Assembly: GCA_021647505.1 (NCBI GenBank)
Contig: JAKIUN010000005.1
Coordinates: 33,927 to 97,926, forward strand
Length of the DNA: 64,000 nucleotides
Direction of reading: 5' to 3'
Source of the DNA: Gammaproteobacteria bacterium
GTDB taxonomy: Bacteria > Pseudomonadota > Gammaproteobacteria > SZUA-152
Both the position numbers and the translations under genes were made by a program. The notes below the pieces were generated by a model. It ran no database searches, was not told the DNA's origin, and saw nothing but the letters and a program-made list of their open reading frames with translations. This document shows positions 1 to 10,181 of the stretch, piece after piece. Position 1 is the stretch's first letter. Each line of letters begins with the position of its first letter.

Positions 1-533
1 CCGGCTACAGCGTCTCCAGTATCGTTACGGCCATGAACCGGCAGCTGCACGCACTGATGCCGCGGGATCGTTTTGTCGCCGCCACCGTGGTGGCCTTCGA
101 TGAAAGAAACCGGCTTTTCGAGGTGTGGAACGGCGGCAATCCCGAGGCGCTGCTGGTGGATGACAACGTCGGCGTCATCCACCGCTTCGAGCCGCGTTCA
201 CCGCCGCTGGGCATCGTCGGCGAAGACGACTTCGATGCACGTACCGAGATATTGCAAGTGACTCAGGGTGCGGAGTTGTTGCTGTATTCGGATGGCGTGC
301 TGGATGCTGACGATGTACAGGGAAATACTTTCGGTGAGGGTGGGTTGGCCATGGCCATCGATGGGAAGGGCGAGCCGAGTGTCTGCGGACGTGTTGCTGC
401 GGCGCTACAGACACACCTCGGTCAGCGCCATGGTCAGGACGATATCAGCGTGGTGGGTATACGCTGTCCTGCACCGGATCAGCCTGAACCGGATTCCCCC
501 GAGGTTGGCGAGTCGCCCGATGAGATGAAGTGA
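1..533 (+). CDS. PP2C/SpoIIE-type protein serine/threonine phosphatase domain protein, 3' part (5' end lies outside the window)
   Basis: The ORF runs off the left edge of the window. Its translation carries PP2C/SpoIIE phosphatase C-terminal motifs (DGVLDA, GDDISVVGI). GC content is high, as in the core genome. Confidence 0.55.
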   Translation, partial: GYSVSSIVTAMNRQLHALMPRDRFVAATVVAFDERNRLFEVWNGGNPEALLVDDNVGVIHRFEPRSPPLGIVGEDDFDARTEILQVTQGAELLLYSDGVLDADDVQGNTFGEGGLAMAIDGKGEPSVCGRVAAALQTHLGQRHGQDDISVVGIRCPAPDQPEPDSPEVGESPDEMK

Positions 534-783
534 AACCCAGAAAGCGTGGCGTCGTCCCATCTCAGGTTCCACTTCATTATCCACCGGGGGCTCTTCGAAG
601 AATTGTGTGAAGGCCTATGGGGCCATTTTCAGGCCACCACAATAAAACAATATGCTATTTCTGAATCCATCGAAGAACCCCACCGGGCTACCCTCCAGGC
701 TTTTCTCAAGACCGCATCCACATTTGTTGCCTTATTGAAATACTCTGATTTTTAGGTTAATAGGGGGACAGACCACGGTTCCC

Positions 784-2014
784 ATGAAAAATATGGGCAA
801 ACCATGGCCTTCCCCCTATTTGCTCTATTTGCGTTCAAACGACGCAGAGGACTGTCCGTGCCAATTGTTTTTGATAGCTGTTTTAATGTTACTGATCGGC
901 AGGTGCCCGTCTTCGGCATTTTACTTATCGGATTCGGCATCGTTTCAGGTTTTTGCTCGATTACCCGCCCATTTTTTTCCAAAAAAATCGGTATTACAAA
1001 AAACGATTAGTTGCATTCAGGATGATACCTGGGAACGTATTAACAAACGCCTCATGAAACAAGCAAAACAGGAAAAAATAGAGCACGGCAAAAAGTCCGC
1101 ATTGATAGTACCGTTACCGAATCGATGATACATGCACCGACGGACAGCAGCTTGCTACTGGATTGTGTGACGGTGATGGTGCGCTTACTGAAACAGCGCC
1201 AGGAGATGGAGGGTATACCCCCAATAGCGTTTGCAATCATCGACGAGTCGCTAAAAAACGTGCGCGTGCGATTGTTTATACGCGAGGAAAAAAGGCTAAA
1301 GCAAAGCTCTATGCTGGCCTGCTCAGCGCCACCCATAAAACCGTCGGTTATCTGGAGCAGGCACAACACATCCCGGCTACAACGCCATCACAGGCATGGG
1401 ATCTTTGGAATGCCCACGTCAACCACTATAAGCCCTTGATAAAACGCATAATTGACCAGGCAAAACGCCGCGCATTTGCAGGGGGAAAGGTGCCGGCAGT
1501 AGAGAAATTATTCAGTATTTTTGAAGTGTATACAGACATTATTATCAAAGGCGGTCGGGAAATACAGTACGGACATAAGCTTAACTTGAGCACCGGGAAA
1601 AGCGGCTTGATTCTGGATGTTGTCATTGAACAAGGTAATCCTGCTGACAGCGAGAGATTAATGCCGATGGTAGCCCGCCACATCAAAAATTATGGCAATG
1701 TGCCACGGCAGCTTGCAGTTGATGGTGGTTATGCGAGTAAAGAAAACCTGGAGGCGGCCAAGGCTCTTGGAATAGAAGATGTTGCGTTCCATGAGAAATG
1801 TGGACTGCACGTTGAAGACATGGTGAGAAGCACCTGGGTCTACCGACAGTTACGAAACTTTCGAGCAGGCATCGAAGCGGGGATCTCCTGTTTGAAGCGG
1901 GCCTATGGGTTATCGCGTTGTACTTGGAAAGGGTTTGAGCATTTTAAATCCTATGTCTGGTCATCGGTGGTATCGCACAATCTTGCGTTGTTAGCGCGAC
2001 TATCGCCGACGTAG
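784..2014 (+). mobile_element. IS4/IS5-superfamily (IS1182-like) insertion sequence with a transposase ORF split over three frames (likely degraded)
   Basis: Three consecutive overlapping ORFs (784-1128, 1125-1439, 1163-2014) lie in different frames. The last one carries a DDE transposase C-terminal region (VDGGYASKEN ... SHNLALLAR). Together they would give about 410 aa. GC content is low compared with the flanks. Confidence 0.55.
1163..2014 (+). pseudogene. DDE transposase, C-terminal catalytic portion (frameshifted relative to the N-terminal ORFs)
   Basis: A 283-aa ORF with an IS4/IS5-type DDE domain. The N-terminal segments lie in other frames upstream. Confidence 0.55.
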
Positions 2015-2218
2015 ACAAGCGAAGAACATATTTTTTTCTTGGGATGGTCGTCTCGGGGGTTGGTATGCCGAAAAACAGGGAAAATCGATATTACCTGACA
2101 AGTAGGGTAAGACTTTTGGCTGCAAACAAAAAAATCAGCACGCAAGAATCACAAATCTGGCGTTTTTTTAAGTAGAATTTTGAAATATGGTCGTTTATGG
2201 ACGGGCACTAATTAGTTA

Positions 2219-3397
2219 TCAAGTTTCTATAACTTTAAGCATATTTTTTCTCCAGGAATCCCAAGAGCATTTCTTTAAAAACACTTTATATGAAAAGTAA
2301 CAAGCTTCTTCGTATAAAGCCTTATCCTTATAATTTTTTATAATGTAATCTACATATTCACTTGTTTTCGTTGATACACATCCATTCTTTGATGTTACAA
2401 GCTCCGGAACACCTCCTGTTGGAGAAGTAATAATTGGGCATCCAAATGACATTGCTTCAATAATTGAAATGGCTAAGCATTCAGCCTTAACTGGAAATAA
2501 AAAATAATTTGCTTTTTTATATAGTGAAATCAAATCACCAATCCCTTGTCTTGTTGATTTTTGAATATAGGGAATGACTGTAAGAAAGTCAGGCTTATGC
2601 AAATTATCAGGCATCTTAACACCACAAATAGTTAATTTAGATTGGATCCCCTTTTTATTTAAAATATGCACAACATCTAAGGCTTGTTGACATCCTTTTC
2701 TTTCCCAATCAACCCCTATAAGTAAAAACTCAAGAATATCATTTTTATGTTTTTTCTGAATACACGCATCAATATCACTTATTAAAAATTCATCTGGAAT
2801 ATTAGGGCCTAATGGAAAAGCATGAACATCACTTATATTTTTACCATAATCATTAATTGCTGAAGTTGCAGCCCATTGAGAACGATAAACACATTTATAA
2901 GCTTTCTCTATAGAAGATTTTTCTAAAAAACTAAGAAATTTTTCATGATGTTTTGGTAAATTAGTAAACCCTGGGTAATAATTCACCATTAAGCTACATG
3001 TGGCATCTGACATATATATGATTGGAATATGCGATTCTAATAACCCAATAACTAAGCTACCCTTGTCTGAAATTAAATAATCATAATTATTATTATTTTC
3101 TAAATGACAGTTAATTTTTTTTGTATAATATTTAACAATTAAAGAAAATCCTTCCCAGTTATAAGGCTTATTAAATGCTTTCCAAAAATACGCCGTCATT
3201 TTAGCAAGAAAAAACCTCCAGTAGAAATCTATATACTTGCACTCAAAATGTTTACTTTTAGGGCATAAATTATCTAACATATCTACATTGAAAATTTTTC
3301 TAAGATTTTCAACTATAGAATATGATGTCCCTGAAAGAATATTTGGATTAGAAATATCCCGACTAGAAATAACTAACACATTTTTCATAATGCCCAT
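2219..3397 (-). CDS. glycosyltransferase family 4 (GT-B, GT1/GT4-type)
   Basis: A 392-aa ORF with a typical GT4 C-terminal motif (FPVKAECLAISIIEAMSFGCPIITSPTGGVPELV). It is very AT-rich (foreign composition) and flanked by the IS element and non-coding AT-rich DNA. Confidence 0.7.
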   Translation of the reverse strand: MGIMKNVLVISSRDISNPNILSGTSYSIVENLRKIFNVDMLDNLCPKSKHFECKYIDFYWRFFLAKMTAYFWKAFNKPYNWEGFSLIVKYYTKKINCHLENNNNYDYLISDKGSLVIGLLESHIPIIYMSDATCSLMVNYYPGFTNLPKHHEKFLSFLEKSSIEKAYKCVYRSQWAATSAINDYGKNISDVHAFPLGPNIPDEFLISDIDACIQKKHKNDILEFLLIGVDWERKGCQQALDVVHILNKKGIQSKLTICGVKMPDNLHKPDFLTVIPYIQKSTRQGIGDLISLYKKANYFLFPVKAECLAISIIEAMSFGCPIITSPTGGVPELVTSKNGCVSTKTSEYVDYIIKNYKDKALYEEACYFSYKVFLKKCSWDSWRKNMLKVIET

Positions 3398-3970
3398 TCT
3401 CTCTTAGATAATGCCAACCTTATTGGATTAACTTTATTTTTATCACTATTGTTCACTTCTAAAAGCGTTACATCCCCATTATAGGGCCAATGGAGGGCAG
3501 GCCACAATTAATGCACACTACAACGCCATTCGATTATTACGCCCGACTGGACGACTGAATTGGATCTGACCCGAACGGGCCGATTGATCAGCGGTGTTCC
3601 CTACCATTCTACTGTCCCCACTTCATGTTATTTTCACCTCTGTGTATGCGGCTTCACCTGTGATTTTAGTGGGTGTTGCGGAGATGTGCCGATAAAAATC
3701 CAAGTATTTCGATAAGGAATGCGCATGTTTTTTGGTATTTCGGCAGCATTTTGGCCCGGTTGCAGTGTGAGTAACATGATTAGGGGGTTGGGAATAACAA
3801 GCCGAGGCAATATAGCCAGAAGTGTAGCTTGGCACATTAGGTATATTTAGTAAACTGGTAAACTGGTAAACTGTTACCGTAATTTTTGGCGCTTCAGGGT
3901 GATACCCGGAATTTCGGCTAGGCGTTGCAGGGAAACTTCTTGCTCGAGTCATTCGATTTCTGTTTCCGGG

Positions 3971-4158
3971 ATTCGGGAGATTTGGTGCGCGCTCTTCCCG
4001 GATTCCACTTTTTTTATCCGGGCGGCTTGCTCAAGACAGTGATAGCCGCTGAACCTTGAATCTCCGTCCCTTAATTTTCCCCTCGACCATGTGTCGCAAG
4101 GCATCTTTTGCCACTTTGTTGCTGACGGCGACACAGCTGTGCCTGTCGAAGATGTCTG
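3971..4158. repeat. direct repeat copy 1: a duplicate of the 3' end of dbpA (about 120 bp of coding sequence) plus about 67 bp of downstream DNA
   Basis: Nearly identical by eye to 5322-5509 (a few mismatches). It carries no start codon and cannot encode a functional protein. Confidence 0.8.
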
Positions 4159-4271
4159 ATGGGCAGGGGTCAAGTCTTGCCTTTTGCCTTTTTTAGACTA
4201 TTTTTGATATATGGCTAGACTATTACGAATAGGGCAAAAGGAAAGACCTGACCCCCATCTCCCATCTCCCG

Positions 4272-5183
4272 CTACTGGGCTTCTTCATTTGCTTGCAGGT
4301 TGAGCAATATGCCTTTCTCGGACTCAACTACAAGTGGTTGAAAATTATCATCGAGCTTTAGTTTTAAGTTAGGTGTAGATGTATACTCAACCAAAGTTTC
4401 CTTTATGACGGGATAGTTATCCTTAACATAAGCTTGAAGCTGTTTAACCGTAAGGAGCAGAGAATCTGATTGAATAACCGCGAGAATAGGATATTTACTG
4501 TGCGAAAAGCCACCACCTAAAGGCATGTATTCTGTCCCATCGCTGACCACAATAGTGGTATTTGCCGCTTTTTTCCGCAAAGTTCTCCTTTGCTCAGTAG
4601 TTAACACTGGTGTGTCGGAATCAATCTTGAAAATATAAGGCTCAATTACATGAGGCCAATTATCATGCATAATTTGAATTAAATCGGTGTTCGTCCATGT
4701 GACAGATGAACCATCAGCTTTCTCATGTTTCATGATATCAATTAGGTACGCATTGTTCATATTAAAGTAAACAAATAACAACTTTTCACTTCGACTTTCT
4801 TTAAAATGTAAGTGATAAATACCCCACTCTGATCTAAGCAAATCTGCATGCTTAGCTTGATTTAATTTTTTAGATTTATTGCTCAGTAATCCATTGACAT
4901 CTTCGCCACTCTCGAGTTTTCGTGCAATATCACTAATTTCATTCCATCTTTCTAATTTGCTTGAGATATGAACATTCCATTGAGTGACTGGAATTCTTCT
5001 GGAGTACACTGTGAAAAAGTTAACCAGAAAATTGCTTAAATCGTAGTGTTGAATTTTGTTTTTTAGTTCTTCACTGCGTTTATCTTGTGATCGCAGTTGT
5101 TCGTATGTAGGAACTGTTAGTTCAGCTTCTTGAAGTAGTCTTTGAAGCTCATCAGCTAGGTCGGATAAAAAATCAAAATTCAT
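4272..5183 (-). CDS. hypothetical protein (303 aa, AT-rich, no recognisable domain)
   Basis: A long clean ORF with low GC. It lies exactly between the two 188-bp direct repeats derived from the dbpA 3' end. Confidence 0.5.
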   Translation of the reverse strand: MNFDFLSDLADELQRLLQEAELTVPTYEQLRSQDKRSEELKNKIQHYDLSNFLVNFFTVYSRRIPVTQWNVHISSKLERWNEISDIARKLESGEDVNGLLSNKSKKLNQAKHADLLRSEWGIYHLHFKESRSEKLLFVYFNMNNAYLIDIMKHEKADGSSVTWTNTDLIQIMHDNWPHVIEPYIFKIDSDTPVLTTEQRRTLRKKAANTTIVVSDGTEYMPLGGGFSHSKYPILAVIQSDSLLLTVKQLQAYVKDNYPVIKETLVEYTSTPNLKLKLDDNFQPLVVESEKGILLNLQANEEAQ

Positions 5184-5321
5184 CTATGAACTCCTTGTTG
5201 GATAAGTGCCTAACATTTGCAAACCGAGCCCTGGGAGATAACAAAGCGACCCCTGTATTTGATATTCGCTTAATCTGCTGACTGGATATACAGCAATCTA
5301 GTCCGGATAGTGCGAAGCGTA

Positions 5322-5509
5322 ATCCGGGAGATTTGGTGCGCGCCCTTCCCCGGATTCCACTTTTTTTATCCGGGCGGCTTGCTCAAGACAGTCACAGTCG
5401 CTGAACCTTGAATCTCCGTCCCTTAATTTTCCCCTCGGCCATGTGTCGCAAGGCGTCTTTTGCCACTTTGTTGCTGACGGCGACACAGCTGTGCCGGTCG
5501 AAGATGTCG
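5322..5509. repeat. direct repeat copy 2: the native 3' end of dbpA and downstream DNA (att-like site)
   Basis: It matches 3971-4158. It overlaps the last ~40 codons of dbpA, which ends at 5392. Confidence 0.8.
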
Positions 5510-6771
5510 ATCTTGCCAATCTGCTCGCCGGGGATGCCGCCGTCGCGGGTGAGGGCGCCGAGGATGTCACCGGGGCGGAGTTTGTCTTTGCGGCCGCCGC
5601 CGATTTGCAGGGTGACCATGCTGGCGGTGTTGGTCTCGGCGGTTTTTTGTTGGGGACGCAGACTGTCGAGCGGGGTCAGTCTGGCGGGTTCATGCTGTTC
5701 GGCTTCGATGGCGCTGAGGCGGTGAGTTTCTTCCGGGGTAAACAGACTCAGGGCGCGGCCGCTCTTGCCGGCGCGCCCGGTACGGCCGATGCGGTGGGTG
5801 TGTACCTGCGGGTCGGGGCTTAACTGGAAGTTGATGACCAGTGGCAACTCGTCGATGTCGAGGCCGCGCGCGGCGACATCGGTGGCCACCAGGATGTTGC
5901 AGCTTTTGTTGCTGAACTGTACCAGTACGTCGTTGCGCTGGCGTTGTTCCAGGTCGCCGTGCAGGGCCTGGGCGTGATAGCCCTTGTGTTGCAGGTGTCT
6001 GGCGACGTCGTCGCATTGTCGCTTGGTGTTGCAGAAGATCAGTGCGGCCTCGGGCAGGTAGTGGGCCAGCAGGGTGAGCAGGGCGTCGTTTCGCGTCTCC
6101 TCGCGGGTTTCAAAAAAGTGTTGTTCGATGTGCGGCGCGCTGTGTGTCGGTTCGGCGCTGACGCGCTGAGGCTGGCGCTGAAAGCGCTGGCTGATTTGCT
6201 GGATGGCGTCGGGGTAGGTGGCGGAAAAGAGCAGTGTCTGGCGGCTGTCTGGGGTGTGTTTGATAATGGCGCCGATGTCGTCGATGAAGCCCATGTCGAG
6301 CATGCGGTCGGCCTCGTCCAGCACCAGGCTGCGCAGGTGATGCAGATCCAGTGAGCCTTTTTGCAGGTGTTTCTGAATCCGCCCGGGGGTGCCGACGATG
6401 ATGTGTGCGCCGTGTTGCAGGGTCGCTATCTGCGGGCCGAGGCTGGTGCCGCCGCACAGGGTGACCAGTTTGACGTTCCGCAGGCCGCGCGCCAGCCGAC
6501 GGATTTCCTTGCCCACCTGCTCGGCCAGTTCGCGGGTGGGGCAGAGCACCAGCGCCTGTACCTGACGCGTGCCCGCGTCGAGTGCGTTGAGCAGGCCGAG
6601 GCCGAAGGCGGCGGTCTTGCCGCTGCCGGTTTCCGCCTGGGCGATGAGGTCGTGGCCGGCCAGAATCGGTGGCAGGCTGAGGGCCTGGATCGGTGTCATG
6701 TGGTGATAGCCGAGGCTGTCGAGATTGCTCAGCAGGGCGGTTGGCAGGGAGAGTTGGCTGAATCCGCTCAT
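5392..6771 (-). CDS. dbpA: ATP-dependent RNA helicase DbpA (DEAD-box)
   Basis: Motifs GSGKTAAFGLGLL, PTRELAEQV, LVLDEADRMLDMGF, SAT and HRIGRTGRAG, plus a C-terminal DbpA RNA-binding domain. The track ORF starts at 7050, but the homology-supported start is the ATG at 6771 (MSGFSQLSLPTALLSNLDSLGYHHMTPIQ), giving 460 aa. Confidence 0.85.
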   Translation of the reverse strand: MSGFSQLSLPTALLSNLDSLGYHHMTPIQALSLPPILAGHDLIAQAETGSGKTAAFGLGLLNALDAGTRQVQALVLCPTRELAEQVGKEIRRLARGLRNVKLVTLCGGTSLGPQIATLQHGAHIIVGTPGRIQKHLQKGSLDLHHLRSLVLDEADRMLDMGFIDDIGAIIKHTPDSRQTLLFSATYPDAIQQISQRFQRQPQRVSAEPTHSAPHIEQHFFETREETRNDALLTLLAHYLPEAALIFCNTKRQCDDVARHLQHKGYHAQALHGDLEQRQRNDVLVQFSNKSCNILVATDVAARGLDIDELPLVINFQLSPDPQVHTHRIGRTGRAGKSGRALSLFTPEETHRLSAIEAEQHEPARLTPLDSLRPQQKTAETNTASMVTLQIGGGRKDKLRPGDILGALTRDGGIPGEQIGKIDIFDRHSCVAVSNKVAKDALRHMAEGKIKGRRFKVQRL

Positions 6772-6925
6772 AGGTTGTGCTCTGGTGTAAAGTGGGGCCG
6801 GGAGAAGTCCCGCGTTGCGGGCATGATAGCAGTTGCGTGGGGTGTGGTTGATACGTGCGAGCATCTCAACTCTCACCCCAGGCCCCTCCCAGTCTTGGGA
6901 GAGGGAGAGAAAAGCAGGAGAAGGT

Positions 6926-7837
6926 ATGAGCACTGAGGCAGTGGCTGAATTAAATGCGTGTTTCGGCATCCGTGAGCGGGTGACGTTCAAGCAGACGGAG
7001 GGCGGCCTGATTGTGGCTGAGGTGGGCAATGCGCAGGCCACGGCGCGCATTGCGCTGCAGGGCGCGCAGGTTCTCGACTGGACGCCAGCGGGCGGGCAGC
7101 CGGTGATCTGGGTGTCGCCGGGGGCGATCTATACGGCGGGCAAATCGGTGCGCGGCGGGGTGCCGGTGTGCTGGCCGTGGTTTGGGCCGCATGCGACAGA
7201 GGCGGAATCCCCCGCCCACGGCTTCGCCCGCACCCAGTGCTGGGAGATGGTGCAGGCTCAACAGTTGTCCGACGGCAGCACCACCCTGAGCCTGCGGCTG
7301 TTGCAGGATGCCAATACCCGTCTGCTGTGGCCGCATGATGCCGAGTTGTTGCTGCTGGTGAATGTCGGCCGACGTCTGCAGATCGACCTGCTGACGCGCA
7401 ACACGGGTGATGAAGCCTTCACGGTGACTCAGGCGCTGCACACCTATTTTGCCGTCAGCGATGTGCGTGAGGTCTCGGTGCAGGGGCTGGAAGATCTGCC
7501 TTATATCGACAAGGTGGATGACGGCGCGCGTCGCGTGCAGTCCGGGCCGGTGACCTTTTCCGCCGAGACCGACCGCATTTATCTCGACCAGGGCGGCGAG
7601 TGCGTGATCCATGACCCGGGCCTGCAGCGGCGTATTGTCATCCGCCGCGAGGGCAGCCGCTCGACGGTGGTGTGGAACCCGTGGATGGAGAAGTCCGTGG
7701 CGATGGCGGATATGGGCGAGGGTGCATACCGGGGCATGCTGTGTGTCGAGGCGACCAATGCGGCGGAGGATGCCGTTGTTGTCGAGCCGGGCGGGGAACA
7801 TCGCTTGCAGGTGAGTTATCGGCTGGCGTCGCTGTGA
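6926..7837 (+). CDS. yeaD: D-hexose-6-phosphate mutarotase (glucose-6-phosphate 1-epimerase, YeaD family)
   Basis: Conserved RGGVPVCWPWFGP and AHGFAR motifs. ATG at 6926 preceded by AGGAGAAGG. 303 aa. Confidence 0.75.
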   Translation: MSTEAVAELNACFGIRERVTFKQTEGGLIVAEVGNAQATARIALQGAQVLDWTPAGGQPVIWVSPGAIYTAGKSVRGGVPVCWPWFGPHATEAESPAHGFARTQCWEMVQAQQLSDGSTTLSLRLLQDANTRLLWPHDAELLLLVNVGRRLQIDLLTRNTGDEAFTVTQALHTYFAVSDVREVSVQGLEDLPYIDKVDDGARRVQSGPVTFSAETDRIYLDQGGECVIHDPGLQRRIVIRREGSRSTVVWNPWMEKSVAMADMGEGAYRGMLCVEATNAAEDAVVVEPGGEHRLQVSYRLASL

Positions 7838-7852
7838 GGGGAGTGGCTTTCT

Positions 7853-10084
7853 GTGAGTGACGATGGGGTTGCCGAGTCTTTCGCGGCTGAAGCCGCTCCC
7901 ACAGTGGATGTGCCGCTGTGGCGTCTCGATGGCATCCGGCGGCTGGCGAGCCGTCTGCGTGAACAGGCTCGGGCCTCGCGGCAGCGCCGGGCGCTGATAC
8001 TGGCGGGAGATGCCGACTGGGGGCGGGCGCTGGCAGACGACCTGTGCCACACGTTGCCGTTGTCGCCGGCAAGCTGGGTAAGTGCTCACTCACCGGATAC
8101 AACGGATTCCCTGAGCGGCCGACGGGCGCTGGCCCTACTGGGGCAGGAGCGCGAGGCGGTGGTCTTTGATGCCCATAGCGGCTTCGACCCGGACGTGTTC
8201 GGTGCCGTATCGGGCGCGGTGGTGGGCGGCGGCCTGCTGATCCTGTTGACACCGTCGCTGGACCAATGGCCTGACTTCGCCGACCCGGCGGCCGAGCGCA
8301 TCAGCATCGCGCCGCTGACCTTTGCGGATGTGTCGGGGCGTTTTCTGCAACGGCTGGTGCGGCTGTTGAGCGCGGCGGAGGGCGTCACCGTGGTGGAACA
8401 GCAGGCCGAACAGTTGCTGGTATTGGCAACGGTTCCTGTGCAGCCCGAGCCTGCGCCACTATTCGAGAGCGGCGGCTTCCGCAGCGCCGATCAGCAGGCC
8501 GCCGTGGCGGCGCTGGAGCATGTGATCCACGGTCACCGCCGCCGGCCGGTGGTGCTGGTGGCTGATCGCGGCCGTGGCAAGAGCGCCGCGCTGGGTATTG
8601 CCGCGGCCCGGCTGTTGTGTGATGGATTGCAACGTATCGTGATCACGGCGCCGCGCATCGATGCTGTCGCCGCGTTGTTCGAGCAGGCCGCGTGCCTGCT
8701 GCCGGAGGCCCGCCAGCGGCGCGGCCGGTTGCAATGGCGTGAGGCCAGTATCGAATTTCATCCACCCGACGAACTGCTGTTGAACCCCCGTGATGCCGAT
8801 CTGCTGCTGGTGGACGAGGCCGCCGCCATTCCCGTGCCCCTGCTCACCTGCCTGCTCAAACGTCATTCGCGCATCGCCTTCGCCACCACTGTGCACGGCT
8901 ACGAAGGCACTGGGCGCGGCTTCGCGGTGCGCTTTCGGTGCATACTGGATGTCTTGACACCGGGCTGGCGCGAAGTACACCTGCAGACACCGATCCGCTG
9001 GGCCGCCGATGACCCCGTCGAGCGCTTTATCTTCCGCGCCCTGTTGCTGGACGCCTCGGCCGCCGCCGATGACGATGTCGCCGATGCCGTCCCCGCCCGC
9101 TGTGAGTTCGTTCGCTTTGATCGCGACGCCCTGGCGGCCGACGAGCCGATCCTTTCGCAATTATTCGGTCTGCTGGTACAGGCCCATTACCGCACCCGCC
9201 CCAACGACCTGCGCAACTTGTTGGACGGCCCCGGCCTGCGCGTCTATGCGTTGCGCCTGCGGGGACAGATCGTGGCCACGGCGCTGGTGGCGACAGAGGG
9301 CGGATTCGATGCCGACATGGCGGAGGCCATCGCCACGGGCAAGCGCCGTCCGCGCGGGCACCTGATCCCGCAATCACTGGCGGCGCACCTGGGGTTGAGC
9401 GACGGCGCACGCCTGCGCTGCGTGCGGGTCATGCGCATCGCCGTGCACCCGGCGGCACAGCGCCGGGGGCTGGGCACGCTGCTGCTGCAACGGATACGCG
9501 AGCAGGCAGAGATTGACGGTTTCGACCTGCTCGGCGCGAGCTTCGGTGCCAGCGAAGACCTGCTGGCGTTTTGGCGTAACGAGAAGTTGCTGCCCGTGCG
9601 ACTGGGTTTCAGCCGTGACCACGCCAGCGGTACCCATTCGGTGATGGTGTTGCAGGCGCTGAGCGATAAAGGCGCAATGGCCTATACCGCCGCCCGCGCA
9701 AGATTTCTTACCGATTTTCCTCTGCAGCTGGCCGATCCTTTGCGTGAGCTGGACTCGCAACTGGCGGCGCTGCTGCTATGCCGGAATGTGGCTGATACGG
9801 TGTTGGATGTATCACTGTATCCGTGGGACAAGCGGGAAGTCGATGCCTTTGCCGAGGGCGCACGCAGCTTCGAGGATGTCCTGGCGTCACTGTGCCGGCT
9901 GTCGTTGTCTGCACTGGCAAAGCCCGGTAATGGGCTGGATGCCGGGGCTCGGGGCTTGCTGGTGGCAAAGCTACTGCAAAAACGCCCCTGGGGCGAGGTC
10001 GCTGAATGGATGAACCTGGCGGGCCGGGCAGCCGTGGTGGCGGATCTTCGGCGCATCGCGAAGGTCATAACGGATTCGGCATGA
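7853..10084 (+). CDS. tmcA: tRNA(Met) cytidine acetyltransferase TmcA (helicase-like plus GNAT domains)
   Basis: RRPVVLVADRGRGKSAALG Walker A, TTVHGYEGTGRGF, and a C-terminal GNAT (RIAVHPAAQRRGLG). Collinear with E. coli TmcA. GTG start at 7853. A REP-like 24-mer lies in the first 50 nt, so the true start could be the GTG at 7904. Confidence 0.8.
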   Translation: MSDDGVAESFAAEAAPTVDVPLWRLDGIRRLASRLREQARASRQRRALILAGDADWGRALADDLCHTLPLSPASWVSAHSPDTTDSLSGRRALALLGQEREAVVFDAHSGFDPDVFGAVSGAVVGGGLLILLTPSLDQWPDFADPAAERISIAPLTFADVSGRFLQRLVRLLSAAEGVTVVEQQAEQLLVLATVPVQPEPAPLFESGGFRSADQQAAVAALEHVIHGHRRRPVVLVADRGRGKSAALGIAAARLLCDGLQRIVITAPRIDAVAALFEQAACLLPEARQRRGRLQWREASIEFHPPDELLLNPRDADLLLVDEAAAIPVPLLTCLLKRHSRIAFATTVHGYEGTGRGFAVRFRCILDVLTPGWREVHLQTPIRWAADDPVERFIFRALLLDASAAADDDVADAVPARCEFVRFDRDALAADEPILSQLFGLLVQAHYRTRPNDLRNLLDGPGLRVYALRLRGQIVATALVATEGGFDADMAEAIATGKRRPRGHLIPQSLAAHLGLSDGARLRCVRVMRIAVHPAAQRRGLGTLLLQRIREQAEIDGFDLLGASFGASEDLLAFWRNEKLLPVRLGFSRDHASGTHSVMVLQALSDKGAMAYTAARARFLTDFPLQLADPLRELDSQLAALLLCRNVADTVLDVSLYPWDKREVDAFAEGARSFEDVLASLCRLSLSALAKPGNGLDAGARGLLVAKLLQKRPWGEVAEWMNLAGRAAVVADLRRIAKVITDSA

Positions 10085-10181
10085 TAGCGCGCGATGAGAC
10101 AGCCGTATTTTTTCGTAGTAGATTTGTTGTTGAGAGCGAGTACGGAAAACATTGCCCACGGGCAGTGAGGAGGCGCGGAAA

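Noticed and set aside
3623-3952. 109-aa minus-strand ORF in the AT-rich spacer
   Set aside because: Low-complexity translation, no RBS. It spans the tandem AAACTGGTA repeats.
6950-8252. Long minus-strand ORFs (379 aa and 204 aa)
   Set aside because: They are antisense to yeaD and tmcA. Their Pro/Arg-rich translations are characteristic of the wrong frame in high-GC DNA.
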